Both the position numbers and the translations under genes were made by a program. DNA of 64,000 nt. It comes from an uncultured Alphaproteobacteria bacterium (GTDB taxonomy: Bacteria; Pseudomonadota; Alphaproteobacteria; SMXQ01). The DNA lies in NCBI GenBank assembly GCA_963732875.1, contig CAVTBD010000002.1:257063-321062 (forward strand). The letters are read 5' to 3'. Of this stretch, positions 44,620-53,886 are shown in pieces. The notes under the pieces are model-generated. The model had not been told where the DNA came from. It saw only the letters and a program-made list of their open reading frames with translations, and made no database searches. The stretch's first letter is position 1. Each line of letters starts with the position of its first letter.

Positions 44620-44954
44620 GGGGCGTCCTCACCGATGACATCTGGGTGTTCATGGGCCTCACCTGCGCGCTGTTCGGGCTGGCGGCGTGGCTCACGGGCA
44701 AGGCGATCGCGGCGACCTGGCGCCCGGCGGGACAGGTGGTCGCCTATGGTGCGCTGCTTACGGCGTTCGACCGGTTTCTTCACTTCGCGCTGTTCAACGG
44801 GACGCTTCTGTCGGTGCCGGGCGCGCTGCGCGACTACGCGGTGATCGCCGGCATCGCGCTCGTGGCGTGGCGCCTCACCCTGGTCGCGGGCATGGTGCGC
44901 CAGTACCCGTGGCTCTACCGTCGTGCCGGGCCGTTCTTCTGGCGCGCGCGCTAG
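44616..44954 (+). CDS. Small integral membrane protein translationally coupled to livF (DUF6867-like)
   Basis: ATGA overlap with livF. 112 aa with about 3 hydrophobic helices (IWVFMGLTCALFGLAAWLTG..., VVAYGALLTAF..., YAVIAGIALVAWRL). Confidence 0.6.
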
Positions 44955-45005
44955 AGCCTGATCGGCTCAGATCGGAACGATCTTGAGCCGTGAAATCAGG
45001 CTCTA
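44952..45005. repeat. Long compound hairpin 1 (TAGAGC...GCTCTA)
   Basis: Outer 11-bp perfect stem tagagcctgat/atcaggctcta encloses an inner 12-bp stem cggctcagatcg/cgatcttgagccg (one bulged T) with loop gaa. It begins at the stop codon of the preceding gene. Confidence 0.85.
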
Positions 45006-45016
45006 CATTTTAAAGT

Positions 45017-45065
45017 TAGAGCAGGGTCGGTTCAGATTAAGTCAATCTGAACCGACCCTGCTCTA
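45017..45065. repeat. Perfect 22-bp inverted repeat, hairpin 2 (TAGAGC...GCTCTA)
   Basis: tagagcagggtcggttcagatt - aagtc - aatctgaaccgaccctgctcta. An AT-rich linker cattttaaagt separates it from hairpin 1. Followed by gccttcgtttt. Confidence 0.9.
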
Positions 45066-45145
45066 GCCTTCGTTTTGCCAAGCGGCGGCCCGGTGATAGT
45101 CTGGCCGTTAACGAGGTATCGCCGTCACTTCCGGAGAGGGGTTCC

Positions 45146-46261
45146 ATGAAGCTTGTGAAGCACGCCGCCGTCGCCATTGCTGCCTTGCTGACGCTGTCGG
45201 GCTGCGGCAAGGACGAATCGGCCAACACCATCGTCATCGCCGTCGCCGGGCCCATCACCGGGGAATACGCCTCGTTCGGCGAGCAGATGAAGGACGGCGC
45301 CGAGCAGGCCGTGAAGGACATCAACGCCGCCGGCGGGGTGCTGGGCAAGAAGCTCAAGCTCGAGGTGGGCGACGACCAGTGCGACCCGAAGCAGGCGGTG
45401 GCGGTGGCCAACCAGCTGGTCAACGAAGGGGTCAAGTTCGTCGCCGGGCATTTCTGCTCCGGCTCCTCGATCCCGGCGTCCGAGGTCTACAACAGCGAGA
45501 ACGTGCTCCAGATATCGCCGGGCTCGACCAACCCGAAGTTCACCGAGCGCGGGCTCGCCAACATATTCCGGGTGTGCGGGCGCGACGACCAGCAGGGACT
45601 GGTCGCCGGCAATTTCATCGCCGATCACTTCAAGGGCATGCGCATTGCCGTGGTCCACGACAAGCAGGCCTATTCCCAGGGGCTCGCCGAGGAGACGATG
45701 AAGCAGCTCAAGAAGCGCGGCATCGAGATCGCGCTGATGGACACCGTCACGCCCCACGAGAAGGATTACTCGGCGCTTGTCACCAAGCTCAAGAGCGCCA
45801 ACATCGACATCCTCTATTATGGCGGCTACCACGCGGAGGCGGGCCTGATCATTCGCCAGATGCGCGAGCAGGGCCTCAAGACCCGTCTGATCGGCGGCGA
45901 TGCGCTGGTGACCCAGGAGTTCTGGACCATTACCGGGCCGCTCGGCAACGGCACGCTGATGACCTTCAGCCCCGACCCGCGCAAAAACCCGATTGCCGCG
46001 CCGGTGGTGGAGAAGCTGCACAAGGCCGGCCATTCGGCGGAAGGCTATACGCTCTATACCTACGGCGCGGTCCAGGTGTTCGTGGAGGCGGTCAAGCGCG
46101 TCGGCGCGGTCGATATCCCCAAGATCAGTGCACTCATGAAGAAAGAGAAATTCGACACCGTCCTCGGCAACATCGGCTTCGACGCCAAGGGCGACGTCGC
46201 CGCGCCGGGCTACGTGTTCTACGAGTGGAAGGACGGCAAGTACGATTACGCCAAATTCTAG
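45146..46261 (+). CDS. livJ: Branched-chain amino acid ABC transporter substrate-binding protein (LivJ/LivK type)
   Basis: 371 aa. Lipoprotein-like leader ...AALLTLSGCG, then IVIAVAGPITGEYASFGEQMKDGAEQAVKDINAAGGVLGKKL.L.VGDD.CDPKQAV.VAN.L...GV.FV.GH.CSG. Confidence 0.9.
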   Translation: MKLVKHAAVAIAALLTLSGCGKDESANTIVIAVAGPITGEYASFGEQMKDGAEQAVKDINAAGGVLGKKLKLEVGDDQCDPKQAVAVANQLVNEGVKFVAGHFCSGSSIPASEVYNSENVLQISPGSTNPKFTERGLANIFRVCGRDDQQGLVAGNFIADHFKGMRIAVVHDKQAYSQGLAEETMKQLKKRGIEIALMDTVTPHEKDYSALVTKLKSANIDILYYGGYHAEAGLIIRQMREQGLKTRLIGGDALVTQEFWTITGPLGNGTLMTFSPDPRKNPIAAPVVEKLHKAGHSAEGYTLYTYGAVQVFVEAVKRVGAVDIPKISALMKKEKFDTVLGNIGFDAKGDVAAPGYVFYEWKDGKYDYAKF

Positions 46262-46424
46262 CGCGGGCCGGAACCGCGTGGTTTTCCGCGGTTTCCGGGG
46301 CTTTTCCCAAATCGAGGCACCTGTTGTGTCGGGCTGGTATGCCCCCCCGACATATGGTATTCAGACGCGATCATGACTGCCGTCGCACGTGCGCCGCGGG
46401 CGGCGCGTTCCGGGAGGGATCGCG

Positions 46425-46880
46425 GTGCCGTCTGAAACCATTGCCATTGCCGCCGATCACGGCGGCGTCGAGCTGAAGATCCAGCTGATCGCGGACCTGC
46501 GCGCGCGCGGGCTCGATGTGCTCGATCTCGGCACCAATTCGACCGAGTCCGTGGACTATCCCGACTTTGCCCAGGCGGTGGTGTTCGCCATCCGCGACGG
46601 GCGCGCGTCGCGCGGCGTGCTCCTGTGCGGTTCGGGCATCGGCATGTCGATGGCCGCCAACCGCTATCTCGAGATTCGCGCCGCGCTGGTGCACGACAAC
46701 CTGTCGGCGCGGCTCGCCCGCCAGCACAACGATGCCAACGTCCTGTGCATGGGGGGCCGCCTGATCGGTCCCGAGGTCGCCCGCGACTGCCTCGCCGCGT
46801 TCCTCGACACCCCGTTCGAGGGCGGCCGCCACGCCCGGCGCGTCGCCAAGATGTCCAACCCGCTCACCACCAATTCCTGA
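46425..46880 (+). CDS. rpiB: Ribose-5-phosphate isomerase B
   Basis: GTG 46425 after [21 protein letters not shown]......L...G..VLDLG......VDYPDFA..V.......[18 protein letters not shown]....RAAL.HD...[18 protein letters not shown]. Confidence 0.9.
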   Translation: MPSETIAIAADHGGVELKIQLIADLRARGLDVLDLGTNSTESVDYPDFAQAVVFAIRDGRASRGVLLCGSGIGMSMAANRYLEIRAALVHDNLSARLARQHNDANVLCMGGRLIGPEVARDCLAAFLDTPFEGGRHARRVAKMSNPLTTNS

Positions 46881-46893
46881 GGATTCGTTCCTG

Positions 46894-48208
46894 ATGTCCA
46901 CCGCCCCCAAGTCCAGTCAAGTCAACGAGCAGGAAGCGTTCTTCGGCCAGTCCCTGGCCGAGCACGATCCCGAGGTGTTCGCCGCCATCACCAGCGAGCT
47001 CGAGCGCCAGCAGGGACAGATCGAGCTGATCGCTTCCGAGAACATCGTCAGCCGCGCGGTGCTCGAGGCCCAGGGCTCGGTGCTCACCAACAAGTACGCG
47101 GAAGGCTATCCCGGCCGGCGCTACTACGGCGGCTGCGAATACGTGGACATCGCCGAGACCCTCGCCATCGAGCGCGCCAGGAAGCTGTTCGGCTGTTCCT
47201 ACGCCAACGTGCAGCCCCATTCCGGCTCCCAGGCCAACCAGCAGGTGTTCTTCGCGCTGTTGCAGCCGGGCGACACCTTCATGGGCATGTCGCTCGCCGC
47301 CGGCGGCCATCTCACCCACGGCGCCGCGCCCAACCAGTCGGGCAAGTGGTTCCACGCGGTGCAGTACGGCGTGCGCAAGCAGGACGCGCTGATCGACTTC
47401 GACGAGGTCGAGGCGCTCGCGCGCGAGCACAAGCCAAAGCTGATCCTGGCGGGCGGCTCGGCCTATCCGCGCATCATCGACTTCGCCCGGTTCCGCAAGA
47501 TCGCCGACGAGGTGGGCGCCGTCCTGATGGTGGACATGGCGCATTTCGCCGGCCTGGTCGCGGGCGGGGTCCATCCCAACCCGCTCGACTGGGCTCATGT
47601 TGTCACCACCACCACCCACAAGACCCTGCGCGGCCCGCGCGGCGGCATGATCCTCGCCAACGACGAGGACCTCGGCAAGAAGATCAATTCCTCGGTGTTC
47701 CCGGGCACCCAGGGCGGCCCGCTCATGCACGTGATCGCCGGCAAGGCGGTGGCCTTCGGCGAGGCGCTGACACCGGCGTTCCGCGCCTATGCCAAGGCGG
47801 TGCGCGACAACGCCCGCGTGCTCGCCGGCGCGGTGCTCGACCAGGGGCTCGACGTCGTCTCGGGTGGCACCGATACCCATCTGATGCTGGTCGACCTGCG
47901 GCCCAAGGGGCTCACCGGCAAGGCGGCCGAGGCGAGCCTTGAGCGCGCCGGCATCACCTGCAACAAGAATGCGATCCCGTTCGACCCGGAAAAGCCGTTC
48001 GTCACCTCGGGCGTCAGAACTCGGCACGCCGGCCGGGACCACGCGCGGTTTCGGCCCCGCCGAATGGCGCAACATCGGCGCCTGGATCGGCGAGGTTCTG
48101 GACGGGCTCAAGGCATCGCCCGACGACAATTCCAAGGTCGAGGCGGACGTGCGCGCCCGCGTGACCGAACTGTGCCGGCGCTTCCCCATCTACACGGACC
48201 AGAAATAA
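46894..48208 (+). pseudogene. glyA: Serine hydroxymethyltransferase, frame broken by a 1-nt insertion at about 48018-48019
   Basis: N-terminal 375 codons are canonical GlyA ([10 protein letters not shown]..., [17 protein letters not shown]-lysine motif) up to ...PFVTSGVR. The conserved continuation [23 protein letters not shown]...YTDQK is in the next frame (track ORF 47939..48208). The span is 1315 nt (3n+1). The shifted frame reads through into nrdR, producing the 602-aa track ORF. Confidence 0.9.
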
Positions 48209-48243
48209 CAACGACCGGACAAGCACCGAGGAGCCCGAAAAAA

Positions 48244-48702
48244 ATGCGCTGCCCCTTTTGCGGTCACGACGACACACAGGTGAAGGATTCCCGTCCCACG
48301 GAGGACGGGGCCGCCATTCGCCGCCGCCGCTTCTGCCCGGCCTGCGGGTCGCGCTGGACCACGTTCGAGCGCGTGCACCTGCGCGAGCTTACGGTGATCA
48401 AGACCAACGGCCACAAGGAGGCGTTCGACCGCGACAAGCTCGCGCGCTCGATCCGCATCGCGGTGCGCAAGCGGCCGGTGGACGAGGAGAAGGTCGAGCG
48501 CATCGTCAACTCGATTCAGCGCCGCCTCGAGACCATGGGGGAGAGCGAGATTCCGTCCGCCCACATCGGCGAGCTGGTGATGGAGGCGCTGGCCAGCGTC
48601 GACCAGGTCGCCTACGTCCGGTTCGCCTCCGTCTACCGCAATTTCCGGGAGGCCAAGGACTTCGAGGAATTCCTGGGCACCCTGAGTGGCGAACGCGACT
48701 GA
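48244..48702 (+). CDS. nrdR: Transcriptional repressor NrdR
   Basis: [44 protein letters not shown] (zinc ribbon) plus an ATP-cone domain. Confidence 0.95.
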   Translation: MRCPFCGHDDTQVKDSRPTEDGAAIRRRRFCPACGSRWTTFERVHLRELTVIKTNGHKEAFDRDKLARSIRIAVRKRPVDEEKVERIVNSIQRRLETMGESEIPSAHIGELVMEALASVDQVAYVRFASVYRNFREAKDFEEFLGTLSGERD

Positions 48703-49816
48703 CGCCGACGATCTTCGGTACATGACGGCGGCCCTGGCGCTGGCGCGCCGAGGGCTCGGCCGTGTCTGTCCCAATCCGGCGGTCGGTTGCATCATCGTCT
48801 CGCCCGAGGGCGAGGTGGCGGGGCGCGGCTGGACCCAGCCGGGCGGCCGCCCCCATGCCGAAACCGAGGCGCTCAGGCGCGCCGGCGACATGGCCCGGGG
48901 AGCGACGGCCTATGTCTCGCTCGAGCCCTGCAGCCATCACGGCAAGACCGGCCCCTGCGCCGAGGCGCTGGTCGCCGCCGGGGTGCGGCGCGTGGTCGCG
49001 GCGACCGAGGACCCAGACCCGAGGGTCGCGGGGTCCGGAATCGAGATTCTCAAGCGTGCTGGCATCGAGGTCCGTGTCGGCGTGTGCCGGCCCGAGGCCG
49101 AGCGGCTGAACGCCGGCTTCATACGGCGCGTCACCCACGGCCGGCCGCTGGTCACGCTCAAGCTTGCCACCACCCTCGACGGCCGCGTCGCGACCCATTC
49201 CGGCCAGAGCCAGTGGATCACCGGCGAGATCGCACGCATGTGGGGGCACGCCCTGCGCGCGAGCCACGACGTGATCGTGACCGGCTCGGCGACGGTGCGC
49301 GCCGACGATCCCGACCTGACCTGCCGCCTGCCGGGGATGAGCGACGCCTCGCCGATCAGGGTGGTCATGGACAGCCGCCTCAACATGCCGCTCACCTCGC
49401 GCATCGCCGCGTCGGCGCGGGAGCATGCGACCTGGGTGATCACCTGCGAAGGCACCGGCGGCGCCCGCCGTGACGCCTTCGACGACTGCGGCATCGAGGT
49501 GATCGAGGTCGCCTCAGACGACGGCGGCCGCCCCGACGTGGACGCCACGCTAGAAGAGATGGGCGCGCGCGGAATCACGCGCGTGCTGGTGGAAGGTGGG
49601 CCGCACATCGTCGCGACCTTCCTGCGCGCGGGCGCGGTCGACCGTCTCGCCTGGTTCCGCGCGCCCGACGTGATCGGCGGCGATGGCCTGCCGGTGTCCC
49701 ACGCATTCGGCGTCGCTACGCTCAAGCAGATGGCGTCGTTCGCCCGCATCCGCACCCTTGCCGCTGGGCGCGACTTGCTCGAGATTTACGAGCGCGGCGC
49801 GCGCGGGGAGGCCTGA
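48686..49816 (+). CDS. ribD: Bifunctional diaminohydroxyphosphoribosylaminopyrimidine deaminase / 5-amino-6-(5-phosphoribosylamino)uracil reductase
   Basis: ...[27 protein letters not shown]....[17 protein letters not shown]......[20 protein letters not shown], with a C-terminal reductase domain. GTG 48686 overlaps nrdR. ATG 48722 is an alternative start. Confidence 0.92.
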   Translation: MANATDADDLRYMTAALALARRGLGRVCPNPAVGCIIVSPEGEVAGRGWTQPGGRPHAETEALRRAGDMARGATAYVSLEPCSHHGKTGPCAEALVAAGVRRVVAATEDPDPRVAGSGIEILKRAGIEVRVGVCRPEAERLNAGFIRRVTHGRPLVTLKLATTLDGRVATHSGQSQWITGEIARMWGHALRASHDVIVTGSATVRADDPDLTCRLPGMSDASPIRVVMDSRLNMPLTSRIAASAREHATWVITCEGTGGARRDAFDDCGIEVIEVASDDGGRPDVDATLEEMGARGITRVLVEGGPHIVATFLRAGAVDRLAWFRAPDVIGGDGLPVSHAFGVATLKQMASFARIRTLAAGRDLLEIYERGARGEA

Positions 49817-49819
49817 GCC

Positions 49820-50425
49820 GTGTTCACCGGCATCGTCACCGATATCGGCACCGTGCGGAAGGTCGTGCCGGGCGGCGATACGCGCATCGAGATCGAGACG
49901 GCATATGACCCGGACACCATCGATCTCGGCGCCTCGATCGCCTGCTCGGGTCCCTGCATGACGGTGATCGAGCGGGGACGCGACGGCAACCGGCGCTGGT
50001 TCGCCGTGCAGGCCTCGCCCGAGACGCTGGCGCGCACCACCATCGGCGGCTGGAAAGCGGGAACGCGCCTCAATCTGGAGCGCGCGCTGAAGGTGGGCGA
50101 CGAGCTCGGCGGCCACATGGTATCCGGCCACGTGGACGGCATCGCCGAAGTGGTGGCGCGCGAGCCGGTCGGTGGGGACGGGGGCTCGGTCCGTTTCACG
50201 ATCCGCGCGCCCCGGGCCCTGGCACGCTTCATCGCCGAAAAGGGCTCGGTCGCCCTCGACGGGATATCGCTTACGGTGAACGATGTTTCCGGCGCCGATT
50301 TCACCGTCAACGTCATCCCCCATACCCTTGCCCATACCACGCTCGGCGAGGCCCGGCCCGGCACGCGGCTCAACCTCGAGGTCGACCAGATGGCGCGCTA
50401 CGTCGCGCGCCTGAACGAGGCCTGA
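49820..50425 (+). CDS. ribE: Riboflavin synthase (alpha chain)
   Basis: MFTGIVTDIGTV....G.......I...........GASIACSGPCMTV......F.V..SPETL..T..G.W..G...NLERAL..GDELGGH.VSGHVDG; second lumazine-binding repeat GSVALDGISLTVN. Confidence 0.92.
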   Translation: MFTGIVTDIGTVRKVVPGGDTRIEIETAYDPDTIDLGASIACSGPCMTVIERGRDGNRRWFAVQASPETLARTTIGGWKAGTRLNLERALKVGDELGGHMVSGHVDGIAEVVAREPVGGDGGSVRFTIRAPRALARFIAEKGSVALDGISLTVNDVSGADFTVNVIPHTLAHTTLGEARPGTRLNLEVDQMARYVARLNEA

Positions 50426-50533
50426 CCCGAGAATCCGCGCTTCCGCTTGGCGCAGGGCCGGTTCTGGGGCTATGTTCGGCGCGCCGCCGCCGGCGGCCGA
50501 TCACCATGACAATCACTCGAGGCCGCCGTTCCG

Positions 50534-50986
50534 ATGCCCGACATGCCGCACATCATGATCATCGAGGCCCGGTTCTACCAGGACATCGCCGACGAGCTGG
50601 TCAAGGGCGCGGTCGCGGCGCTCGACGCGGCAGGGGCGACCTGGGAGCGGTTCGCGGTGCCCGGCGCGTTCGAAATCCCGGGCGCGATCCGGCTCGCCAT
50701 GGACGCCCGGGGCAAGGACGGGCGCCCGCGCTTCGACGGCTACGTCGCGCTGGGCTGCGTCATCCGCGGCGAGACCACGCACTACGACTACGTCTGCGGC
50801 GAATCGGCGCGCGGCCTGCAGGCGCTCGCGATCCGCGACAAGGCGTGCATCGGCTACGGCATCCTCACGGTCGAGAACCGCGAGCAGGCGATGGTGCGCG
50901 CCGACGGCCGCAAGAGCGTCAAGGGCCGCGACGCGGTCGAGGCCTGTCTCGCGATGATCGCGCTCAAGCGCCAATTCGGGGGGTAA
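50534..50986 (+). CDS. ribH: 6,7-dimethyl-8-ribityllumazine synthase
   Basis: 150 aa, ...IMIIEARFYQDIADELVKGA...VPGAFEIP......A.....FDGYVALGCVIRGETTHYDYVC.E..RGL......GYGILTVEN.EQA..RA. Confidence 0.93.
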   Translation: MPDMPHIMIIEARFYQDIADELVKGAVAALDAAGATWERFAVPGAFEIPGAIRLAMDARGKDGRPRFDGYVALGCVIRGETTHYDYVCGESARGLQALAIRDKACIGYGILTVENREQAMVRADGRKSVKGRDAVEACLAMIALKRQFGG

Positions 50987-50993
50987 CGAGCGG

Positions 50994-51509
50994 ATGGCGG
51001 CGGGAACGGGCAATGGACGCGGTGCGGAAGCGGCGGTGAACCGTCGTTCGACCGCGCGTCTTGCCGCGGTGCAGGCGCTCTACCAGATGCAGATGGGTGG
51101 CGCCACCGCGGAGGAGGCGATCACCCAGTTCACCGCCGGACGGCATGGCGCGCCGGTGTCCGACGAGGAGGGCGGCACCGCGGCGCTGCCGGAGCCCGAT
51201 CCTTCCCTGTTCGGCGCGATCGTGCGCGGCGTATCATCGAACCGGGAACGCCTCGATGCCATGGTTGCGGGCGCCCTTACCACCGACTGGACGGTCGAGC
51301 GTCTGCAGATACTGGTGAGGATCATCCTCGAAGCGGGCGTGTTCGAGCTGACCGAGCGCGCCGACGTGCCGCCGCGCGTCGCCATCAACGAATACGTCAA
51401 CCTCGCCCATGCCTTCTTCGACGGCGCCGAGCCCGGCCTCGTCAACGGCGTGCTCGATGCCGTGGCGAAGTCCTATCGCGGCGAGGAAATGAGCAGGGCG
51501 CGCGGCTGA
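50994..51509 (+). CDS. nusB: Transcription antitermination factor NusB
   Basis: ...RSTARLAAVQALYQM.............F.......; ...ILRIILEAGVFEL......P..V.INEYV.LA..F......LVNGVLD. Confidence 0.9.
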   Translation: MAAGTGNGRGAEAAVNRRSTARLAAVQALYQMQMGGATAEEAITQFTAGRHGAPVSDEEGGTAALPEPDPSLFGAIVRGVSSNRERLDAMVAGALTTDWTVERLQILVRIILEAGVFELTERADVPPRVAINEYVNLAHAFFDGAEPGLVNGVLDAVAKSYRGEEMSRARG

Positions 51510-51527
51510 TGCGCGCGCCGGTCGGTC

Positions 51528-52502
51528 ATGGATGAGTTCGGCCTGATCGCCCGCTATTTCGCTCCGATCGCCGCCGCCGAGCCGGGCGCGCTCGGCCTCA
51601 AGGACGATGCCGCGGTACTCGCGCTGACCCCGGGCGCGCGGCTGGTTGCGACCACCGATGCCCTGGTCGCCGGGGTTCATTTCTTCGCGGACGACCCACC
51701 GGGCGACATCGCGCGCAAGCTGATGCGGGTCAACCTGTCCGACCTTGCCGCCATGGGGGCGACCCCGCGCGCGGTGCTGGTCGCCGCCGTGCTGCCGCGC
51801 GATACCGACGATGCGTGGCTGATGGCGTTCGCGGAAGGGTTGGCCGATGACGCGCGCCGCTTCGGCGCGCCGCTGGTGGGGGGCGATACGGTCGCGACCG
51901 ACGGGCCGCTCACGCTCTCGCTCACGGCGCTGGGGGAGGCCCGGGGCGAGGTGCTGACGCGTTCGGGCGCGGCGGCGGGGGACGACGTCTACGTCTCGGG
52001 CACCATCGGCGATGCTGCGCTGGGGCTGCTCGCGCTCAAGGACGACCTGGGCTTCGACGATGCGGTGAGCACCCCCTTGGCAGCGCGCTACCTGGTGCCG
52101 GAGCCGCGTCTGGCGCTCGGCCAGGCGCTGGCGGAGGGCGGGGGTGCGAGCGCCTGTATCGACGTTTCCGACGGCCTGATCGCCGATCTCGGGCACATCT
52201 GCGAGTGCTCCCGTCTCGGCGCCGAGATCGCCGCGGCGGCGGTGCCGTTGTCCGACGCGGCACGGGAGGTCGTGGCGGAGCGCCCGGAACTGCTCGGCAC
52301 CATGCTGACGGGCGGCGACGACTACGAGTTGTGTTTCACCGCGCCGGTCACCGCGCGCGCGCGCATTGAAGCGCTTGCGTCCGATGCCGGTATTTCGGTC
52401 GTGCGCATCGGTACGATGCGCGCCGGCGCCTCGGAAGTGGTCGTGACGGATGACGATGAATTCGGCATTGTCATCGAGAGTGGCGGATTCCGCCACTTCT
52501 GA
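51528..52502 (+). CDS. thiL: Thiamine-monophosphate kinase
   Basis: MDEFGLIARYFAP......GL.DDAAVL........TTDALVAGVHFF..D.P.DIARKL.RVNLSDLAAMGA.P...GGDT. AIR-synthase-like fold. Confidence 0.9.
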   Translation: MDEFGLIARYFAPIAAAEPGALGLKDDAAVLALTPGARLVATTDALVAGVHFFADDPPGDIARKLMRVNLSDLAAMGATPRAVLVAAVLPRDTDDAWLMAFAEGLADDARRFGAPLVGGDTVATDGPLTLSLTALGEARGEVLTRSGAAAGDDVYVSGTIGDAALGLLALKDDLGFDDAVSTPLAARYLVPEPRLALGQALAEGGGASACIDVSDGLIADLGHICECSRLGAEIAAAAVPLSDAAREVVAERPELLGTMLTGGDDYELCFTAPVTARARIEALASDAGISVVRIGTMRAGASEVVVTDDDEFGIVIESGGFRHF

Positions 52503-52615
52503 TGGTTAAAAAAGAGTTTCATGGGCGCATGGCTCATATTCGTGTAATGCAATTGTCCCTTTTTGGTCTGTGATTTAACAGGTTCTATGCGCGTTTTTGG
52601 CCCGAGGCACAGCTT

Positions 52616-53173
52616 ATGATCGCGATGCAGTACACCATCCGGTTCGCCGGCGATTACGACAATCAGCTTCTTCTTGATCGTGTCGCCCGCAGAAAATCGC
52701 TTTTCGAGGGATTGGATGGATTGCTGCACAAGGCTTACCTGTTCAACTCCGACCAGGCGATCTACGCGCCGTTCTACGTGTGGGAGAACGACGACGCGGC
52801 CCGCGCCTTCCTGACCGGCGACCTGTTCCGTGACGTGGTCGATACTTTCGGCCGTCCGCGCGTGCGCTGCTGGGGCGTGATCGCCTTCAGCGGCGTCATC
52901 GGCGCCGGCGCGCCCAAGGTCGCGGTCAAGGAGCTCGACGCGATTCCGGCGGAGGAAGCCCTCGCCGATCTCTTGCAGCGCGAGGAGCAGCTCCATGCGC
53001 AGGCGGTCAAGACCGACGGGCTGTGTTTCCATCTCGCCGGGATCGACCCGGACCGATGGGAGCTGATGCGATACTCGGCATGGTGCGATCCCTCCCAGGT
53101 CCAGAACTGTAACGCCGACGCCGTCGAAAGCTTCGACATCCTCCAGCTCTCCCGTTCCGAAAGCGTCGCCTGA
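52616..53173 (+). CDS. DUF4865-family protein (function unknown)
   Basis: 185 aa, MIAMQYTIRFAGDYDNQLLLDRVARRKSLFEGLDGLLHKAYLFNSD.AIYAPFYVWENDDAARAFL. The family call is from remembered sequence pattern. Confidence 0.55.
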   Translation: MIAMQYTIRFAGDYDNQLLLDRVARRKSLFEGLDGLLHKAYLFNSDQAIYAPFYVWENDDAARAFLTGDLFRDVVDTFGRPRVRCWGVIAFSGVIGAGAPKVAVKELDAIPAEEALADLLQREEQLHAQAVKTDGLCFHLAGIDPDRWELMRYSAWCDPSQVQNCNADAVESFDILQLSRSESVA

Positions 53174-53311
53174 GTTTCCCTCCCTCGGTTTTCCCCGCCT
53201 TCGCCGATCCGCCGCAAGCCGCTGCGCTCCGTTTTATCTCCGGCTTCGTCTTTACGCAAAATTCAGATTGCCCTGCGACGCTTCGATGGCCTTTTCCGTC
53301 GGAGAATCCTC

Positions 53312-53812
53312 ATGCCGCGATGGCTTATGATCGCCTGTCTCGTGTTTGCCGTCGCCATGCCGGTTGACGCCGGTCACGCCCTGCGCGCGGCCGAAGCCCA
53401 TAAAGACGCCGAGGGTCATGGTGCCAAGGGCGAGGGCACTTCCATGGAGGAGCAGGGCAAGGCCACGCTTCAGGACTGGATCGGCGGGGACAAGGCCCAG
53501 TTCTACCGGATGCCGCCGTTCAACGTGCCGGTCATCCGTGATGGCCGCCCGGCCGAGCAGGTCAGCCTCGCGATCACCGTTGAGACCAAGGGCGTCGACA
53601 AGCGCAACAAGATCATCGAGAAACGCACCGAATTGCGCAGCGCCTTCCTGCGCGACCTCTACGCGGTCATGTCGCTGCGCAACGGCGGCCGGCGCCCGCT
53701 CAATATCGATACCGTCAAGATCCGCCTGAAGCGCGTCGCCGACCGCGTACTCGGCCCAGGCGTGGTGGACGACGTCCTGGTCGAGGGCGCCTATACCCGC
53801 ACCTTCGACTGA
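53312..53812 (+). CDS. Exported/anchored hypothetical protein, possibly FliL-like
   Basis: 166 aa. Hydrophobic leader MPRWLMIACLVFAVAMPVDA. C-terminal region (FYRMPPFNVPVIRDGRPAEQVSLAITVET...ELRSAFLRDLYAVMS...IKIRLKRVADRVLG...VDDVLVEG) has the pattern of FliL C-terminal domains. Weak assignment. Confidence 0.4.
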   Translation: MPRWLMIACLVFAVAMPVDAGHALRAAEAHKDAEGHGAKGEGTSMEEQGKATLQDWIGGDKAQFYRMPPFNVPVIRDGRPAEQVSLAITVETKGVDKRNKIIEKRTELRSAFLRDLYAVMSLRNGGRRPLNIDTVKIRLKRVADRVLGPGVVDDVLVEGAYTRTFD

Positions 53813-53886
53813 CGCAAGGGCCGCGCTTCCAACTGGTCAACTCGCCCGGTGCGGGAGACTTCGAAACGGCTTATTGTGGCGCCGCC

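Noticed and set aside
46262-46424. Possible ZTP/pfl-type or other riboswitch upstream of rpiB-glyA
   Set aside because: There is only a vague resemblance (atgactgccg against the conserved tgactggcg), and no matching downstream pseudoknot segment CCGCCTGGGC was seen. A small hairpin (tgtcggg...cccgaca) is unremarkable.
46894-48702. Apparent GlyA-NrdR fusion protein (602 aa)
   Set aside because: The about 75 codons linking the two parts are Arg-rich out-of-frame sequence. The genuine GlyA C-terminus is present in the adjacent frame, and nrdR has its own ATG at 48244. The fusion is a by-product of a single-base insertion.
50426-50533. Possible FMN (RFN) riboswitch in the ribE-ribH spacer
   Set aside because: I could not find the conserved RFN core segments by eye. 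The spacer is short (108 nt) and mostly GC-rich without the expected multi-stem junction pattern. A covariance-model scan is needed for a definitive answer.
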